A DNA stretch of 64,000 nt from a bacterium (GCA_030680695.1 JAUXUT010000149.1:103801-167800); one strand, 5' to 3'; counted from the stretch's first letter, positions 38,124 to 48,750 are shown. Notes: generated by a model from the sequence alone, not told the origin. Numbers and translations: made by a program.

Positions 38124-38708
38124 ATGAAAGACATCAAACCAATACTTGCTCTGGTCCTCGGTATTGCCGCCGTCTGGTACATCATCAGTATTCTTGTCGT
38201 ATCAGAAAGTGATGCGCCACTCGATCAGTCTAGTCAGCAAGTTCAAACTGTCATGCAGGATTATTCGACCAACGATTGGCGAGTTGGATTCAAATACCCT
38301 GATACATATACTTTGACGGAAACCGATCTTTCAACACCTCAACGAAACCGTATTTCTCTCGCCCTTATCGAGAAGGGATATGTGCCACCTGAAATGGGCG
38401 AGGGCCCGACGGCCATCACGGTGGATATTTTCCGCAACGTCCAGAACGAACGGTATACAGCCGAAGAATGGATCAAGGGCAATTCAGCGTCGAATTATAA
38501 GCTCGGACCAGGTGAACTTACGGCACGCACTGTCAATAATCATCAGGCTTACGAATATCGCTGGTCTGGGCTCTATGAAGGCAAGTCGGTCGTCGTAGCA
38601 ACGGACGATTTCGTGTACATGTTCTCGGTTACATTCAACAGTCCTGATGACATTACCATGAGCGATTTTGAATCCGTTCTTTCAACGGCTCGATTTGGCA
38701 CGCTGTAA
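38124..38708 (+). CDS. Membrane-anchored extracellular protein (PsbP-like)
   Basis: N-terminal TM; VGFKYPDTY...EGPTAITVDIF...YRWSGLY...FESVLSTARF. Confidence 0.7.
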   Translation: MKDIKPILALVLGIAAVWYIISILVVSESDAPLDQSSQQVQTVMQDYSTNDWRVGFKYPDTYTLTETDLSTPQRNRISLALIEKGYVPPEMGEGPTAITVDIFRNVQNERYTAEEWIKGNSASNYKLGPGELTARTVNNHQAYEYRWSGLYEGKSVVVATDDFVYMFSVTFNSPDDITMSDFESVLSTARFGTL

Positions 38709-38740
38709 TTGATAAACTGTAATACACAGCAACAGAACCT

Positions 38741-38851
38741 ATGGAAGAAAAAATCAAACCAATAATAGGTCTCCTGTTGCTCGTGCTCACCATCGTCATG
38801 TTTTGGGTAGTTTTTAATCCTCTACCTAGGAATTTTCCCAACATAGGGTAA
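38741..38851 (+). CDS. Putative 36-aa single-TM peptide (not in ORF track)
   Basis: MEEKIKPIIGLLLLVLTIVMFWVVFNPLPRNFPNIG*, fills the gap between co-oriented genes. Confidence 0.5.
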   Translation: MEEKIKPIIGLLLLVLTIVMFWVVFNPLPRNFPNIG

Positions 38852-38862
38852 CTGTAATAGTA

Positions 38863-40236
38863 ATGTCTAATCGATCACCTTGGATACACCAGCTTAACAA
38901 CGACCGAAAAGTAGTACCTCTCAAAGAGGACATCGAGACTGATGTGGCAATCATCGGAGCCGGTATCGCCGGTATATCCACTGCCTTTTTCGTGCTCAAG
39001 CACACAGACAAGAAGGTGGCCATGATCGAGAAGGGCAAGTTCGCTCACGGTGCCACAGGACATAACGCGGGCCAAATCGCAAGCTATTTCGAGCGTCCGT
39101 TCCATGAGCTTGCCGAAGAATTCGGTCTTGAAAAGGCGGCCAAGGCCCAAGTCGCTATCGAGACTTCGTGGCAGCTTCTCGATGAGATGTATACAGAGGC
39201 GGGCCTCTCGATTCCTATATCTCGATTCATGGGACAAGCAGGATTCACCACAGGCGATCAGGTACTGCGCCATTTGAAGGATAATTTTTATCGCCGGAAA
39301 GCATGTATAAGAACAGAGGGTTTTAAAATATCCAATAACGCGCCATTTCTCGATTCTATACCGGCAGAATATGATGGATTGTACAGCCTTGTACCACATG
39401 AAGAGGTTCTTAAGGATCTCCAGACCATGAACAGGGAATATATCGCCACGCTTTCATATCAGAAGGGATGTCTAAATTCGGCACTATTCTGTCAGGAAAT
39501 CATTTCTCATCTTAAAAAGACATACCCAGAACGTTTCGCTCTTTACGAGCACACTGCCATATCGAAGGCTGTGCTGCATGAAGGCAGGGCGATTCTTGAT
39601 GCCGGCAAGCATACCGTGGTCGCTCAGCGCGTCGCTCTCTGTACTAATGGTTTTGAGGGAGTGAACATTATTAACGAAGGTGGGCTCGCCGTGGACACCA
39701 AGTTCCATCACCTCGTAAAGGGCATGGTTGGATATATGTCGGCATATCTCGAGCCGATGAACAAATCAGCCATCGCTGTGAGTTATTTTCCGCCCAATCA
39801 TATCGACTCAAGCGACCCGTTTGACGAGGATCCATACTTTTATATGACTCGCAGACCATACGATTTTCCAGGCAACGATAACTCAAACCTTATCAGCGTG
39901 GGCGGACCGGAATTTCCCATGGAAAACCGTATCGAATACAACGCCGATCTCGACTACCCTGAGGATGCCAAGAAACGCATCAACTCTTTCGTGAAGTCGA
40001 CATATGACCCTGATCCGAACAAGAAGATCGATTATCAATTCACTTGGCACGGACTCATGGGTTACACACCATCTGGCGTTCGCTTGGTAGGTGAGGAACC
40101 TAAGAACCGGACCCTCATGTACAACCTTGGATGCAACGGTGTTGGTATCTTGCCTTCGATATATGGTGCGCGTCGCATTGCCGCGATAGTTTCTGGTGAG
40201 AAAGTCGAGCCGATGATATTTGATCCGAAGGCGTAG
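38863..40236 (+). CDS. FAD-dependent oxidoreductase (DAO/PuuB-like)
   Basis: DVAIIGAGIAG, GATGHNAG, LCTNGF, WHGLMGYT, GCNGVG. Confidence 0.88.
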   Translation: MSNRSPWIHQLNNDRKVVPLKEDIETDVAIIGAGIAGISTAFFVLKHTDKKVAMIEKGKFAHGATGHNAGQIASYFERPFHELAEEFGLEKAAKAQVAIETSWQLLDEMYTEAGLSIPISRFMGQAGFTTGDQVLRHLKDNFYRRKACIRTEGFKISNNAPFLDSIPAEYDGLYSLVPHEEVLKDLQTMNREYIATLSYQKGCLNSALFCQEIISHLKKTYPERFALYEHTAISKAVLHEGRAILDAGKHTVVAQRVALCTNGFEGVNIINEGGLAVDTKFHHLVKGMVGYMSAYLEPMNKSAIAVSYFPPNHIDSSDPFDEDPYFYMTRRPYDFPGNDNSNLISVGGPEFPMENRIEYNADLDYPEDAKKRINSFVKSTYDPDPNKKIDYQFTWHGLMGYTPSGVRLVGEEPKNRTLMYNLGCNGVGILPSIYGARRIAAIVSGEKVEPMIFDPKA

Positions 40237-40312
40237 GCAATGTGCAGGTAAGGTATTTCAAAAAGGCGGATAAGAAAAAGGCCCGGAACGAAAGTTCCGG
40301 GCCTTGTTTGAA

Positions 40313-40753
40313 TTAGACCGCAAGACGTTGCCCGACGATGCTCTCGGGCAGAGCCTCGATGTCAGTGATTCGAACAATCGCATGCGTGCCACGGACCGAC
40401 ACGACGGCGAAGTCGCCGAACGTCTCGATCAAGGACACCTCATCGTAAATTTGAATATGCACCGTTTCGTCCGGTTTGCCGTCGAGCGGAACGTTAAGTT
40501 CTCGCAAGACAGAGTAGGGACGGGACGGACATTGTTGGACGCAACAGAGTGTCAGCGATTCGTCGATCAGGATTGAACGTTCTTCGACCTTGGTAGGGTC
40601 GAGCGCGTGCATCCTGCCGTCGTAGCTTCGCATCGTTAACGTGAGCCTCGTCATAGCCTTGAGTTTGACTTCGACGTGGTGGTCTCCGATCGCGATACAG
40701 TCCGCAATGACGCGGACGTTGATTGGGTGGGGCAGTTTGGTAAAACCTACCAT
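40313..40753 (-). CDS. Hypothetical protein
   Basis: 146-aa ORF convergent on a terminator at ~40275-40305; no recognised motif. Confidence 0.55.
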   Translation of the reverse strand: MVGFTKLPHPINVRVIADCIAIGDHHVEVKLKAMTRLTLTMRSYDGRMHALDPTKVEERSILIDESLTLCCVQQCPSRPYSVLRELNVPLDGKPDETVHIQIYDEVSLIETFGDFAVVSVRGTHAIVRITDIEALPESIVGQRLAV

Positions 40754-41148
40754 AGGTTGTTTGGCGGGGTTGAAGGTTGAATCCGAAAGAACCGTTGAAA
40801 GAACAGCTTTGGGACTGATAGTTTGCTTTGCTGGGGCTGGTTAGTCAATTGTGGATAACGGACGAGGGAATAATATTGACATCATACAAATAGCGTTGCG
40901 CACTACAATTATGGTTTTAGGCTTGATTAGTGCCAGAAAAATAGCGCAGTTGCCGAATGTCTTTTACAAGATTTTTTAATACCTTGTCAAGGGGCAGGTT
41001 TCATAAAGGACAAATTATACGGCTATGAATATATGTCCTTTATAGTGTCCTTTAGACACCGTGAAATGCCGCTGATATAACTCCGTCATGTTTTGCAAGA
41101 TTTGACTAGAACTCAAAAGTGTTTAATGTGGGTTATACGAATCTTCAT

Positions 41149-43971
41149 ATGAACCGCTTCACCATAACTGTTGCCCGAGCCACGAAAAAGGCGCTCCTTG
41201 GAGCGTTGATGTTCGCGTCTGCGATCCTGCCATCCATACAGGCCTTCATGCCGACGGTGGTTTCTGCTGATACTGCAGTGGTTAACCAGGTCTTCGTGTT
41301 TGACCAGCCAAGGAGCGGCACCTTCGTTGTCCCTTCAAATGCGACATCGATTACGGTGCGTGCATGGGGCGCGGGCGGTAAGGGTGGTGATGGTACAACT
41401 ATCTCTGGGATCACCTATGCTGGCCAAGGTGGAGGTGCGGGCGGATTTGCGGCACAAACAGTCAATGTGACCGGCGGAGCCTCGTTTGGATACATTGTAG
41501 GGCAAGGAGGCACCAGTGCTGACCGTACTGGGGGCCAATCCTCATTTAATTCTATTGTTTCAGCTTCAGGAGGAAATGGGGGCGCGAATTGGGACGAGAT
41601 ATCAGGTAACGGCCCGACCAGCCCCCCTACTCCAACTGGAACAAATTGTTACTGGACTCATGTCAACGAAGAGACTGGTAACGAATATGGTGTGACTTGT
41701 CGTGATCTCAGTGCGGCAATGAAAGGTTTTTTTTCCTTCTTTTCAACGGCAGTCGCTTACGCGCAGGTTGTATTTGATGGCCGAGGCGGCGAAGGGCTTG
41801 TTGGTTCTGATCTCCACAACGGCGGTGATGCCGCGGCTGTCATAGCTGGCCCTAACTCTTCACCTACCGCGGGCGGTGCGAGCGCTCTCGGTGGACGCGC
41901 TCGAGGCGGAGACGGTTCTTCGAGCGGCACTGGCTCTAATGGAAATAACGGACGTATCGAAGTCATCATAACTTCGGTTGTAGGAAGCCCATCGGATGTT
42001 CGTCCAGATGGCCACCTCGATACCGCTTCGTGTTCAGCTATAACTGGCTGGGCATATGACCCAGATGACGCTACGGCCAATATACCAGTGCATTTCTATG
42101 CAGGAGGCCCTGCTGGTAGCGGCACGTTCATTGGAAGCGCTGTCGCCAATGTACCTCGTCCAGACGTGAACACAGCATTGGGTATACCAGGAGATCACGG
42201 TTTCATTTTCGATACCCCAAATAGTCTTAAGGATGGTGGAACACACCAGATTTACGCTTATGGCATAAATATTGTCGAGCTTATACCTACGAACAATTAT
42301 CTCCTTGCATCGACCACTCCAGTATTTGTGTCTGGTTGCCAGGGTGGGACGAGCAATGCTGTTCCCGTGGTTGTTTCAGTTACGGGCACAACTACTGGAT
42401 CGGTGAATGTTTCGTATGTATTCACAGCCACAGCTACTGATCCTGAGGGTCAGGACATCGAATACGGTTTTGATTGGAACAACAACGGCACCATAGAAGG
42501 TTCCGAGGGTTGGACCCCTGCTGTGACTTCAGGAACGCCAGCTTCACGCTCATTCTCATGGAGCATGCCTGGTGTTCAGAATTTTCAGGTGTTCGCACGT
42601 GATTCCCAGGGTGGTGTGTCCACAGCTTTCCCGTTCCAGATAACTATATCCGGAGGCTCGTCTAATATTGGTCTCACCCTGCTGAATACGACGGGTCTTT
42701 CGACGAGCGAGTCCGGAGGAACAGCAAACTTCGGTGTTGTTCTCAATTCAGCCCCTCTTGCAAACGTTACTTTGCCGGTTGTAAGCACTGACACGACAGA
42801 AGGAGTCGTTTCTACGCCTCTTCTTGTATTCACCCCTGCAAACTGGAATATCGCACAGTTTGTTACCGTGACAGGTGTTGACGACACCATTGTTGATGGC
42901 CCAATAGCATACAGTATCATTATTGGTGGTTCTTCCTCGGACGATATAAATTTCAATAATCTTCCTGTTCAGACTGTCAATCTCATCAATCATGACGATG
43001 ATAAAGCTCCTTCTACAGGAGGCAGTCGTGGTGGTTATCGTGGCGGCGGACCATGTTTTGGCTTCGGATGTCCAGTCCCGGTTGCAAGCACAACTCCTGA
43101 CATCATAATCATTATTGATGGTCCTGTTGTGGCTGGCCCTGTAACTTCTGTTACGCCGACCGTGCCAAAATACTGCCTTGTTGATGACTTTATAGCCGAT
43201 TATGCGCGAATAGGTGCATCAAACAACCCTAACGAGGTTAGGAAGATTCAGTATTTCCTTAATACATATGAGAACGCCGGTCTTCCTGTGGACGGTGAGT
43301 TCGGCGTATCTACAGAGGCTGCGGTGATGGCATTCCAGGCCAAGTACGCCGGATCAGTTCTTTCACCATGGGGAACGAATGTTCCTACTGGTATTGTTTA
43401 TATAACGACCCGTGCAGAGATGAATCGAATATACTGCGCGGACAACCCTAACTATAGGGACGGAGACCTATCGGACATTCTTGACGGTGTCCTTTACCCA
43501 CCGGCTAATCCTATCGATTTCGATGGCGTAATTGGCTCTACGGAGGCCACAAGCACCAATATAGCCGGTGTATTTGGGGCTATAACAGAGGATATTCTGA
43601 ATCTTCTACGGAACATACCGTGGTACCCACTACTCGTGATACTTCTTGTCCTTATAGGGGCAGGACTTATGACGCAAGGAATCATAAAGGACATATGGAA
43701 CAAGGATAATATCCTGTCCTTTACACAGGGATCCGCAACATTCGGTATAGGCTCTGTCCTTAATGTCCTTAACGTGGTGGCTTATATGATCAGCCCTGCT
43801 TGGCTCGCCGCTTACCTGGGTGTGGATATCTCATGGCTTCTTGTCCTTGTACTCATCAATCTCCTCGTGCTTGTCGCACTCCTTATCGTTACTCTTTTCG
43901 CGATTAATCGCAGACTTGCCAAGGGCGAGCCGGTAAGTGTGCCGAGCGTGCCCGTTCAGCCAATTAAATAA
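41149..43971 (+). CDS. Large multidomain cell-surface protein
   Basis: Signal peptide; Gly-rich domain (AWGAGGKGG); GWAYDPD...PRPDV...HGF domain; PKD-like TDPEG...FDW; Calx-beta-like FTPANWN; peptidoglycan-binding-like IQYFLN...DGEFG...AFQ; 3 C-terminal TMs. Confidence 0.85.
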   Translation: MNRFTITVARATKKALLGALMFASAILPSIQAFMPTVVSADTAVVNQVFVFDQPRSGTFVVPSNATSITVRAWGAGGKGGDGTTISGITYAGQGGGAGGFAAQTVNVTGGASFGYIVGQGGTSADRTGGQSSFNSIVSASGGNGGANWDEISGNGPTSPPTPTGTNCYWTHVNEETGNEYGVTCRDLSAAMKGFFSFFSTAVAYAQVVFDGRGGEGLVGSDLHNGGDAAAVIAGPNSSPTAGGASALGGRARGGDGSSSGTGSNGNNGRIEVIITSVVGSPSDVRPDGHLDTASCSAITGWAYDPDDATANIPVHFYAGGPAGSGTFIGSAVANVPRPDVNTALGIPGDHGFIFDTPNSLKDGGTHQIYAYGINIVELIPTNNYLLASTTPVFVSGCQGGTSNAVPVVVSVTGTTTGSVNVSYVFTATATDPEGQDIEYGFDWNNNGTIEGSEGWTPAVTSGTPASRSFSWSMPGVQNFQVFARDSQGGVSTAFPFQITISGGSSNIGLTLLNTTGLSTSESGGTANFGVVLNSAPLANVTLPVVSTDTTEGVVSTPLLVFTPANWNIAQFVTVTGVDDTIVDGPIAYSIIIGGSSSDDINFNNLPVQTVNLINHDDDKAPSTGGSRGGYRGGGPCFGFGCPVPVASTTPDIIIIIDGPVVAGPVTSVTPTVPKYCLVDDFIADYARIGASNNPNEVRKIQYFLNTYENAGLPVDGEFGVSTEAAVMAFQAKYAGSVLSPWGTNVPTGIVYITTRAEMNRIYCADNPNYRDGDLSDILDGVLYPPANPIDFDGVIGSTEATSTNIAGVFGAITEDILNLLRNIPWYPLLVILLVLIGAGLMTQGIIKDIWNKDNILSFTQGSATFGIGSVLNVLNVVAYMISPAWLAAYLGVDISWLLVLVLINLLVLVALLIVTLFAINRRLAKGEPVSVPSVPVQPIK

Positions 43972-44052
43972 TAAACGGATTTTCCGGCCGCGCACTGTGT
44001 CTTCACAGGGCGCGGCCTTTCCGTTTCTTTTATACTTGCGTATACTCTGAAC

Positions 44053-44439
44053 ATGGCAAAATACGCATCATGGATATTATCGGTCGGGGCGGTCGTGCTT
44101 ATTGTATTCGGTATGATTTGGTATGCTTCGAAACCAGGACAATATGACACGTTCGCTTCGTGCATCGCCGATAGTGGCGCGAAATTCTATGGAGCGTTCT
44201 GGTGTCAGCATTGCCAGGACCAGAAGGCAATCTTCGGAAAGTCCGCATCCAAGCTGCCTTACATTGAATGTGCTCAACCTTCAGGCAATGGTCAGCTGCA
44301 GGTGTGCATCGATGCAGATATCCAGAGTTATCCGACTTGGGATACACCCGAAGGCGATCGCTTGAAAGGTGTGCTTTCAATGGCACAGCTTGCTTCCATG
44401 ACGCAGTGCGTCTTGGAAAAGGATAGTGATAAACGATAA
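44053..44439 (+). CDS. Membrane-anchored thioredoxin-like protein
   Basis: FYGAFWCQHCQDQK...PYIEC...IQSYPTW. Confidence 0.88.
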   Translation: MAKYASWILSVGAVVLIVFGMIWYASKPGQYDTFASCIADSGAKFYGAFWCQHCQDQKAIFGKSASKLPYIECAQPSGNGQLQVCIDADIQSYPTWDTPEGDRLKGVLSMAQLASMTQCVLEKDSDKR

Positions 44440-44453
44440 TCATTCGCATTTAT

Positions 44454-44996
44454 ATGGAACTCGCTGCATTTATGAACGGTCTCTGGAGCATCATGGCAAT
44501 CGTTGCTCAAGTGCTCGTCCTTTTTGGCATAATCGCCCTTGTATCGCCACGCGTACGCAGAACGGCGCCAGCTCAGTTTATGGGTAAGTGGGGAGTATGG
44601 ATTGCATTTATTGCCGCCACACTCGCAACTGTCGGCAGCCTGATATATTCGGATATTATCGGATATGATCCATGCAAGCTATGTTGGATCCAGCGCATAT
44701 TCATGTATCCGACCGCCATCGTTCTCGGACTCGCACTATGGAAAAGGGATGCCTCGGCGCGTTTGTATGGAATCGTATTTTCATCTCTTGGCGCGATTGT
44801 CGCGGCATACCACTATGTAAGCCAGCTTGGTTGGAATCCTCTTGATTTGGAATGCGCATCGGTAGGATATTCTGTGTCATGTGCAAAGGTTTTTGTTATG
44901 GAGTTCGGATATATAACGTTACCTGTCATGGCACTCTCGGCTTTCTTGCTCGCCATCGTGTCGCTTAGCCTCAACAGAGAATGGCCGATTCGATAG
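44454..44996 (+). CDS. Disulfide bond formation protein (DsbB/BdbC family)
   Basis: GSLIYSD...PCKLCWIQRIFMYP...GYITLPVMAL. Confidence 0.9.
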   Translation: MELAAFMNGLWSIMAIVAQVLVLFGIIALVSPRVRRTAPAQFMGKWGVWIAFIAATLATVGSLIYSDIIGYDPCKLCWIQRIFMYPTAIVLGLALWKRDASARLYGIVFSSLGAIVAAYHYVSQLGWNPLDLECASVGYSVSCAKVFVMEFGYITLPVMALSAFLLAIVSLSLNREWPIR

Positions 44997-45466
44997 GACT
45001 AGCAGTCGCCATCGTATTGTTAGCACCGGCCATATTTATGGCGCTTATACCTATGTTGCCGGCGCTTGCGTATATGTTCCTCATAACGCTCGTCTATGCA
45101 TTTGTAGGAGGCTTTTCTGTGATAACTGGGGCGGAACTAGCCTTCCTTTTTGCGTTTGTTGTCGCATCGTTTATTGTGGACAACGTGGCAGGAATTCTAG
45201 GTGCGAAGTACGGCGGAGCGCATACCAAATCGCTCCTTTGGGGAATCTTTGGTAGTATCGTCGGCACGCTCGTTATGCCACCATTCGGTTCGCTCGTCGG
45301 ACTTTTTGTGGCGATATTCATCGCAGAGATTCATTATCAGAGAAAGGGAAATCATGCTGCCAAGGCCGCATCGGGTGCTTTGTTGGGTGCGGTTGCTGGA
45401 GTTGTTGTGAACGTGGTTCTTGCGATCGGTTTCCTGGGCACATTCATCTTTTTGGCCTTAAGGTAA
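44981..45466 (+). CDS. DUF456-family membrane protein
   Basis: IPMLPAL...GAKYGGA...GSIVG...PPFGSLVGLF. Confidence 0.8.
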   Translation: MADSIGLAVAIVLLAPAIFMALIPMLPALAYMFLITLVYAFVGGFSVITGAELAFLFAFVVASFIVDNVAGILGAKYGGAHTKSLLWGIFGSIVGTLVMPPFGSLVGLFVAIFIAEIHYQRKGNHAAKAASGALLGAVAGVVVNVVLAIGFLGTFIFLALR

Positions 45467-45498
45467 GGGGATTTTTAGACGTGGTATCATAGGGATAT

Positions 45499-46254
45499 AT
45501 GAACAACTCTATGCATCCAATCTCAAAACTAGTAATCGGGTTTGTCGTTATAGGACTCCTTGTATATGGTTTTTTGGCCTTTGATATTGGTCGGTCTGCA
45601 GAAGTCACCGATTATGAGTCGTGTGTCGCGGCAGGGTTTCCGATCATGGAATCCTATCCAGAAAAGTGTGCAGACGGTGAAGGCAACACATATACTCGCA
45701 TTATTGGGGAACCTGCAATTGAAGACATGATATCTGTCGCCGTCCCGACATCCGGCGCAACCATATCGTCGCCTGTTTCCGTGAGCGGTATCGCCCGCGG
45801 AAACTGGTATTTCGAGGCGTCTTTCCCGGTAGAGATCATTGATGATAGGGGCAACCTTCTCGGCATTGCACCGGCCCAGGCAGAGGGCGAGTGGATGACC
45901 ACAGAATTTGTGCCGTTTAAGGCGACCATATCGTTTTCTGCACCAACAACCACGACATCAGGGTTTGTTCGTTTCAAGAAAGATAACCCGAGCGGCCTCC
46001 CGGAGTACGATATGCACATAGATGTACCAGTTATGTTCAGGCAAGCCGGCGGCACAGCGACCACTACGTCTGCCGCGTGCCGTCCTACGGGCTGCAGCAG
46101 CCAGATTTGTTCGGATCAGGACGTGGCGAGCACCTGCGAATACCGTGAGGCCTATGCATGTTACAAGACCGCGGAATGCAAGCGCCAGGCGAGCGGCCAG
46201 TGTGGGTGGATACAGACCACGGCCCTTGCCCAGTGCTTGTCGGCCGCTAATTAG
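45499..46254 (+). CDS. Gmad2 Ig-like domain protein with Cys-rich C-terminal domain
   Basis: CVAAGFPIMESYPEKC; ARGNWYFEASFP...WMTTEFVPF...KDNPSGLP; CRPTGCSSQIC...CGW. Confidence 0.85.
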   Translation: MNNSMHPISKLVIGFVVIGLLVYGFLAFDIGRSAEVTDYESCVAAGFPIMESYPEKCADGEGNTYTRIIGEPAIEDMISVAVPTSGATISSPVSVSGIARGNWYFEASFPVEIIDDRGNLLGIAPAQAEGEWMTTEFVPFKATISFSAPTTTTSGFVRFKKDNPSGLPEYDMHIDVPVMFRQAGGTATTTSAACRPTGCSSQICSDQDVASTCEYREAYACYKTAECKRQASGQCGWIQTTALAQCLSAAN

Positions 46255-46281
46255 GTAATATGTATAGGTAAGAAATAAACA

Positions 46282-46587
46282 ATGCCAAACGAATCCCTCA
46301 TCCACGCAGACGCTTTCTTCTTCATATCGACCATCGCACTTGTTGTGATATCGATCGGCATAGCAGTCGCCCTGTATTACCTCATCAAAATCCTGCGCAA
46401 CGCCCGTGACGTATCAGACCGCATCAAGGCCGAGAGCGCCGAAATTGTAACAGATGTACGGAAATTGCGGGCAGTGCTCAAGGAAGAGGGCGTCAAATGG
46501 AAGACCATCGCTCAACTTATCCGCTCGTTCTTTATGAGGGGTTCACAAAAAAAGACGTCAAAGAAGAAGGCCGAGACCACTGAATAG
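46282..46587 (+). CDS. Single-TM hypothetical protein
   Basis: ADAFFFISTI TM followed by coiled-coil-like region. Confidence 0.75.
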   Translation: MPNESLIHADAFFFISTIALVVISIGIAVALYYLIKILRNARDVSDRIKAESAEIVTDVRKLRAVLKEEGVKWKTIAQLIRSFFMRGSQKKTSKKKAETTE

Positions 46588-46638
46588 GCGCAGTAGTAAG
46601 TACCGGGGCAGTTTTATACCCATAATTCAACAACCATC

Positions 46639-47046
46639 ATGGCAGACAAAAAGAAGGGCGCACCAGTAGGTGCCATAGCAGCAGGAATAGCAGCAGTGTC
46701 AGCGGCGGCAATCGGCGCATATTATCTGTATGGCCACAAGGACGCCAAGAAGCATCGAACGACGGTGAAGGGATGGATGCTCAAAGCTAAGGGCGAGGTG
46801 TTAGAAGAGCTTGAGAAAGTAAAGGATGTGTCAGAATCGACATATGCAAGCGCAGTAGATGCCGTGGCCAAGAAATATCATCAGCTCAAGCAGGTTGATC
46901 CAGCAGAGCTCGAGATATTCATAAGAGAAATGCGAGACCACTGGGACGGAATACGCAGGACCGTATCAAAGACCAGCAAGAAGCCAAAGGCCACTGCGGC
47001 GAAGAAGCCAGCAAAGAAGGGCACCAAGAAGGCATCTAAGAAATAA
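46639..47046 (+). CDS. Hypothetical protein with Lys/Ala-rich tail
   Basis: AAAIGAYYLYG...KGWMLKAKGEVLEELEK. Confidence 0.8.
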   Translation: MADKKKGAPVGAIAAGIAAVSAAAIGAYYLYGHKDAKKHRTTVKGWMLKAKGEVLEELEKVKDVSESTYASAVDAVAKKYHQLKQVDPAELEIFIREMRDHWDGIRRTVSKTSKKPKATAAKKPAKKGTKKASKK

Positions 47047-47047
47047 A

Positions 47048-47806
47048 GTGAAGACTTCCTGGGGCAATGTCGCGAATTGGTATGATGGCGTCGTAAACGA
47101 CGAGGACTCGTATCAGAACAAGATCCTCTTGCCGAATATTTTGCGCATTGTTGAACCGGCCAAGGGCAAGACTTTGCTCGATATCGCTTGCGGCCAAGGA
47201 TTTTTCTCGCACGCAATGGCAGCCAAAGGTGCACGGGTTTTCGGCATAGACATATCGCCGGAACTTGTTGAAATCGCGACGAAACATGCTGGGCATGCCG
47301 AGGAATTCCACACAATGTCGGCCGAAGACATAGGTAAGCTTAAGACCGCTTCGTTTGACGCTGCATTTTCAGTGCTCGCCATTCAGAATATCGAGCACAT
47401 GGCCAAGGCCTTCAAAGAAGCATCGCGTGTATTAAAGCCCGGCGGCAAGCTCGTCCTCGTCCTTAATCACCCAGCATTTCGCATACCAGGAAAATCGGCA
47501 TGGGGTAACGATGATGCAGCTGGGGTTCAATATCGCCGCGTGGACGAATATCTTTCGGAATCTCGTAAAGATATGGACATGAATCCCGCTAATCCCGGCA
47601 AAGAAATGACCGTGTCGTTCCACCGCCCGCTTCAGGCGTATTCAAAATCGCTCGCCAATGCAGGATTTTCGATAGCTCGCATCGAGGAGTGGACTTCTCA
47701 CAAGGAAAGCCAGAAAGGTCCGCACAAGATTGTAGAGGACCGGGCAAGGAAGGAGATACCTCTGTTTATGTGTTTGGAGTGTGTAAAGGTGGCGTCACAC
47801 GCATAA
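47048..47806 (+). CDS. Class I SAM-dependent methyltransferase
   Basis: LLDIACGQG, GIDIS, RVLKPGG. Confidence 0.9.
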   Translation: MKTSWGNVANWYDGVVNDEDSYQNKILLPNILRIVEPAKGKTLLDIACGQGFFSHAMAAKGARVFGIDISPELVEIATKHAGHAEEFHTMSAEDIGKLKTASFDAAFSVLAIQNIEHMAKAFKEASRVLKPGGKLVLVLNHPAFRIPGKSAWGNDDAAGVQYRRVDEYLSESRKDMDMNPANPGKEMTVSFHRPLQAYSKSLANAGFSIARIEEWTSHKESQKGPHKIVEDRARKEIPLFMCLECVKVASHA

Positions 47807-47857
47807 ATAAAAAAGCGCCCGTAAGGGCGGCGTGGTCTTTATCGTCTTTATCTTGTA

Positions 47858-47886
47858 ATTATACACCCGCACTTGCCTTTTGTCAA
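47858..47886 (-). promoter_or_regulatory. Consensus promoter with no downstream ORF (copy C)
   Basis: Minus strand TTGACA-N17-TATAAT with GGGTG before the -10; fires toward hairpin 47811-47829. Confidence 0.6.
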
Positions 47887-47977
47887 GCGCAGCACTTCTT
47901 TTTTCAGAAGGCGATATTGTATAATCCTTTATCTTTTCTTTATCTCGTTTTTGGGCCCAGATTGATAGAATGTCTCC

Positions 47978-48736
47978 ATGAATACGAGATACACTATCAA
48001 AAATCACGACCTCTTGATGACAACCCATCCACATGGAGTTCATCAGGGCGAACGGCAGTATGTTTATAAGCTCCGTGACCTCCCAGAGGCCGATAAACCG
48101 CGAGAAAAGCTCATTGCGCACGGTCCAGCCATGCTTTCCTTGGTCGAACTGGTGGCGATCATTTTGAATACAGGAACGGTCAAGGAAGATGTTATGACGA
48201 TGGCATCGCGCATGATACGCGAGTATGGCGAGAAAAGTTTTGCTTCTTTTGATGATCCGAAGAAAATATCCGACGACCTTGGGATACCTATGGGTAAGGC
48301 GTGTCAAATCGTCGCATCGAGCGAACTCGGTCGTAGGTTCTTCAAACGTCCTGGCGGCAGGAGCGTCAGCGTCCGCAATGCCAAAGATGTGTCGGCATAT
48401 GTAGCTGATATGCATGGTTTGCCCAAGGAATACTTGCGCGGCATATATTTGAACGGCCATCATCGCGTAATTCATGACGAAGTGTTGTCCATGGGGACGA
48501 TTGATGCAAATATTGTTCATCCACGCGAGGTGTTCAAGCCCGCCATCGAATACGGGGCAGCCGCGATTATTCTCGTTCATAATCATCCGTCGGGCGTTAT
48601 CACACCTTCGGCTGCTGATGTCGAGATAACTCAACAGATAGTTGAGGCGGGCAAGATTATCGGCATATCAGTTATTGACCACGTTGTCGTGGGTAAAGGA
48701 AAGTACGCCAGTGTCCCTGCAGTTTACGAACATTAA
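47978..48736 (+). CDS. radC: RadC family JAB-domain protein
   Basis: KPREKL...ELVAIILNTG; VHPREVFK...HNHPSG...PSAAD...DHVVV. Confidence 0.93.
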   Translation: MNTRYTIKNHDLLMTTHPHGVHQGERQYVYKLRDLPEADKPREKLIAHGPAMLSLVELVAIILNTGTVKEDVMTMASRMIREYGEKSFASFDDPKKISDDLGIPMGKACQIVASSELGRRFFKRPGGRSVSVRNAKDVSAYVADMHGLPKEYLRGIYLNGHHRVIHDEVLSMGTIDANIVHPREVFKPAIEYGAAAIILVHNHPSGVITPSAADVEITQQIVEAGKIIGISVIDHVVVGKGKYASVPAVYEH

Positions 48737-48750
48737 TTTAATAACCATTC

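Noticed and set aside
40850-40860. DnaA box (TGTGGATAA) suggesting oriC
   Set aside because: Only one perfect box, with no cluster and no dnaA/dnaN nearby.
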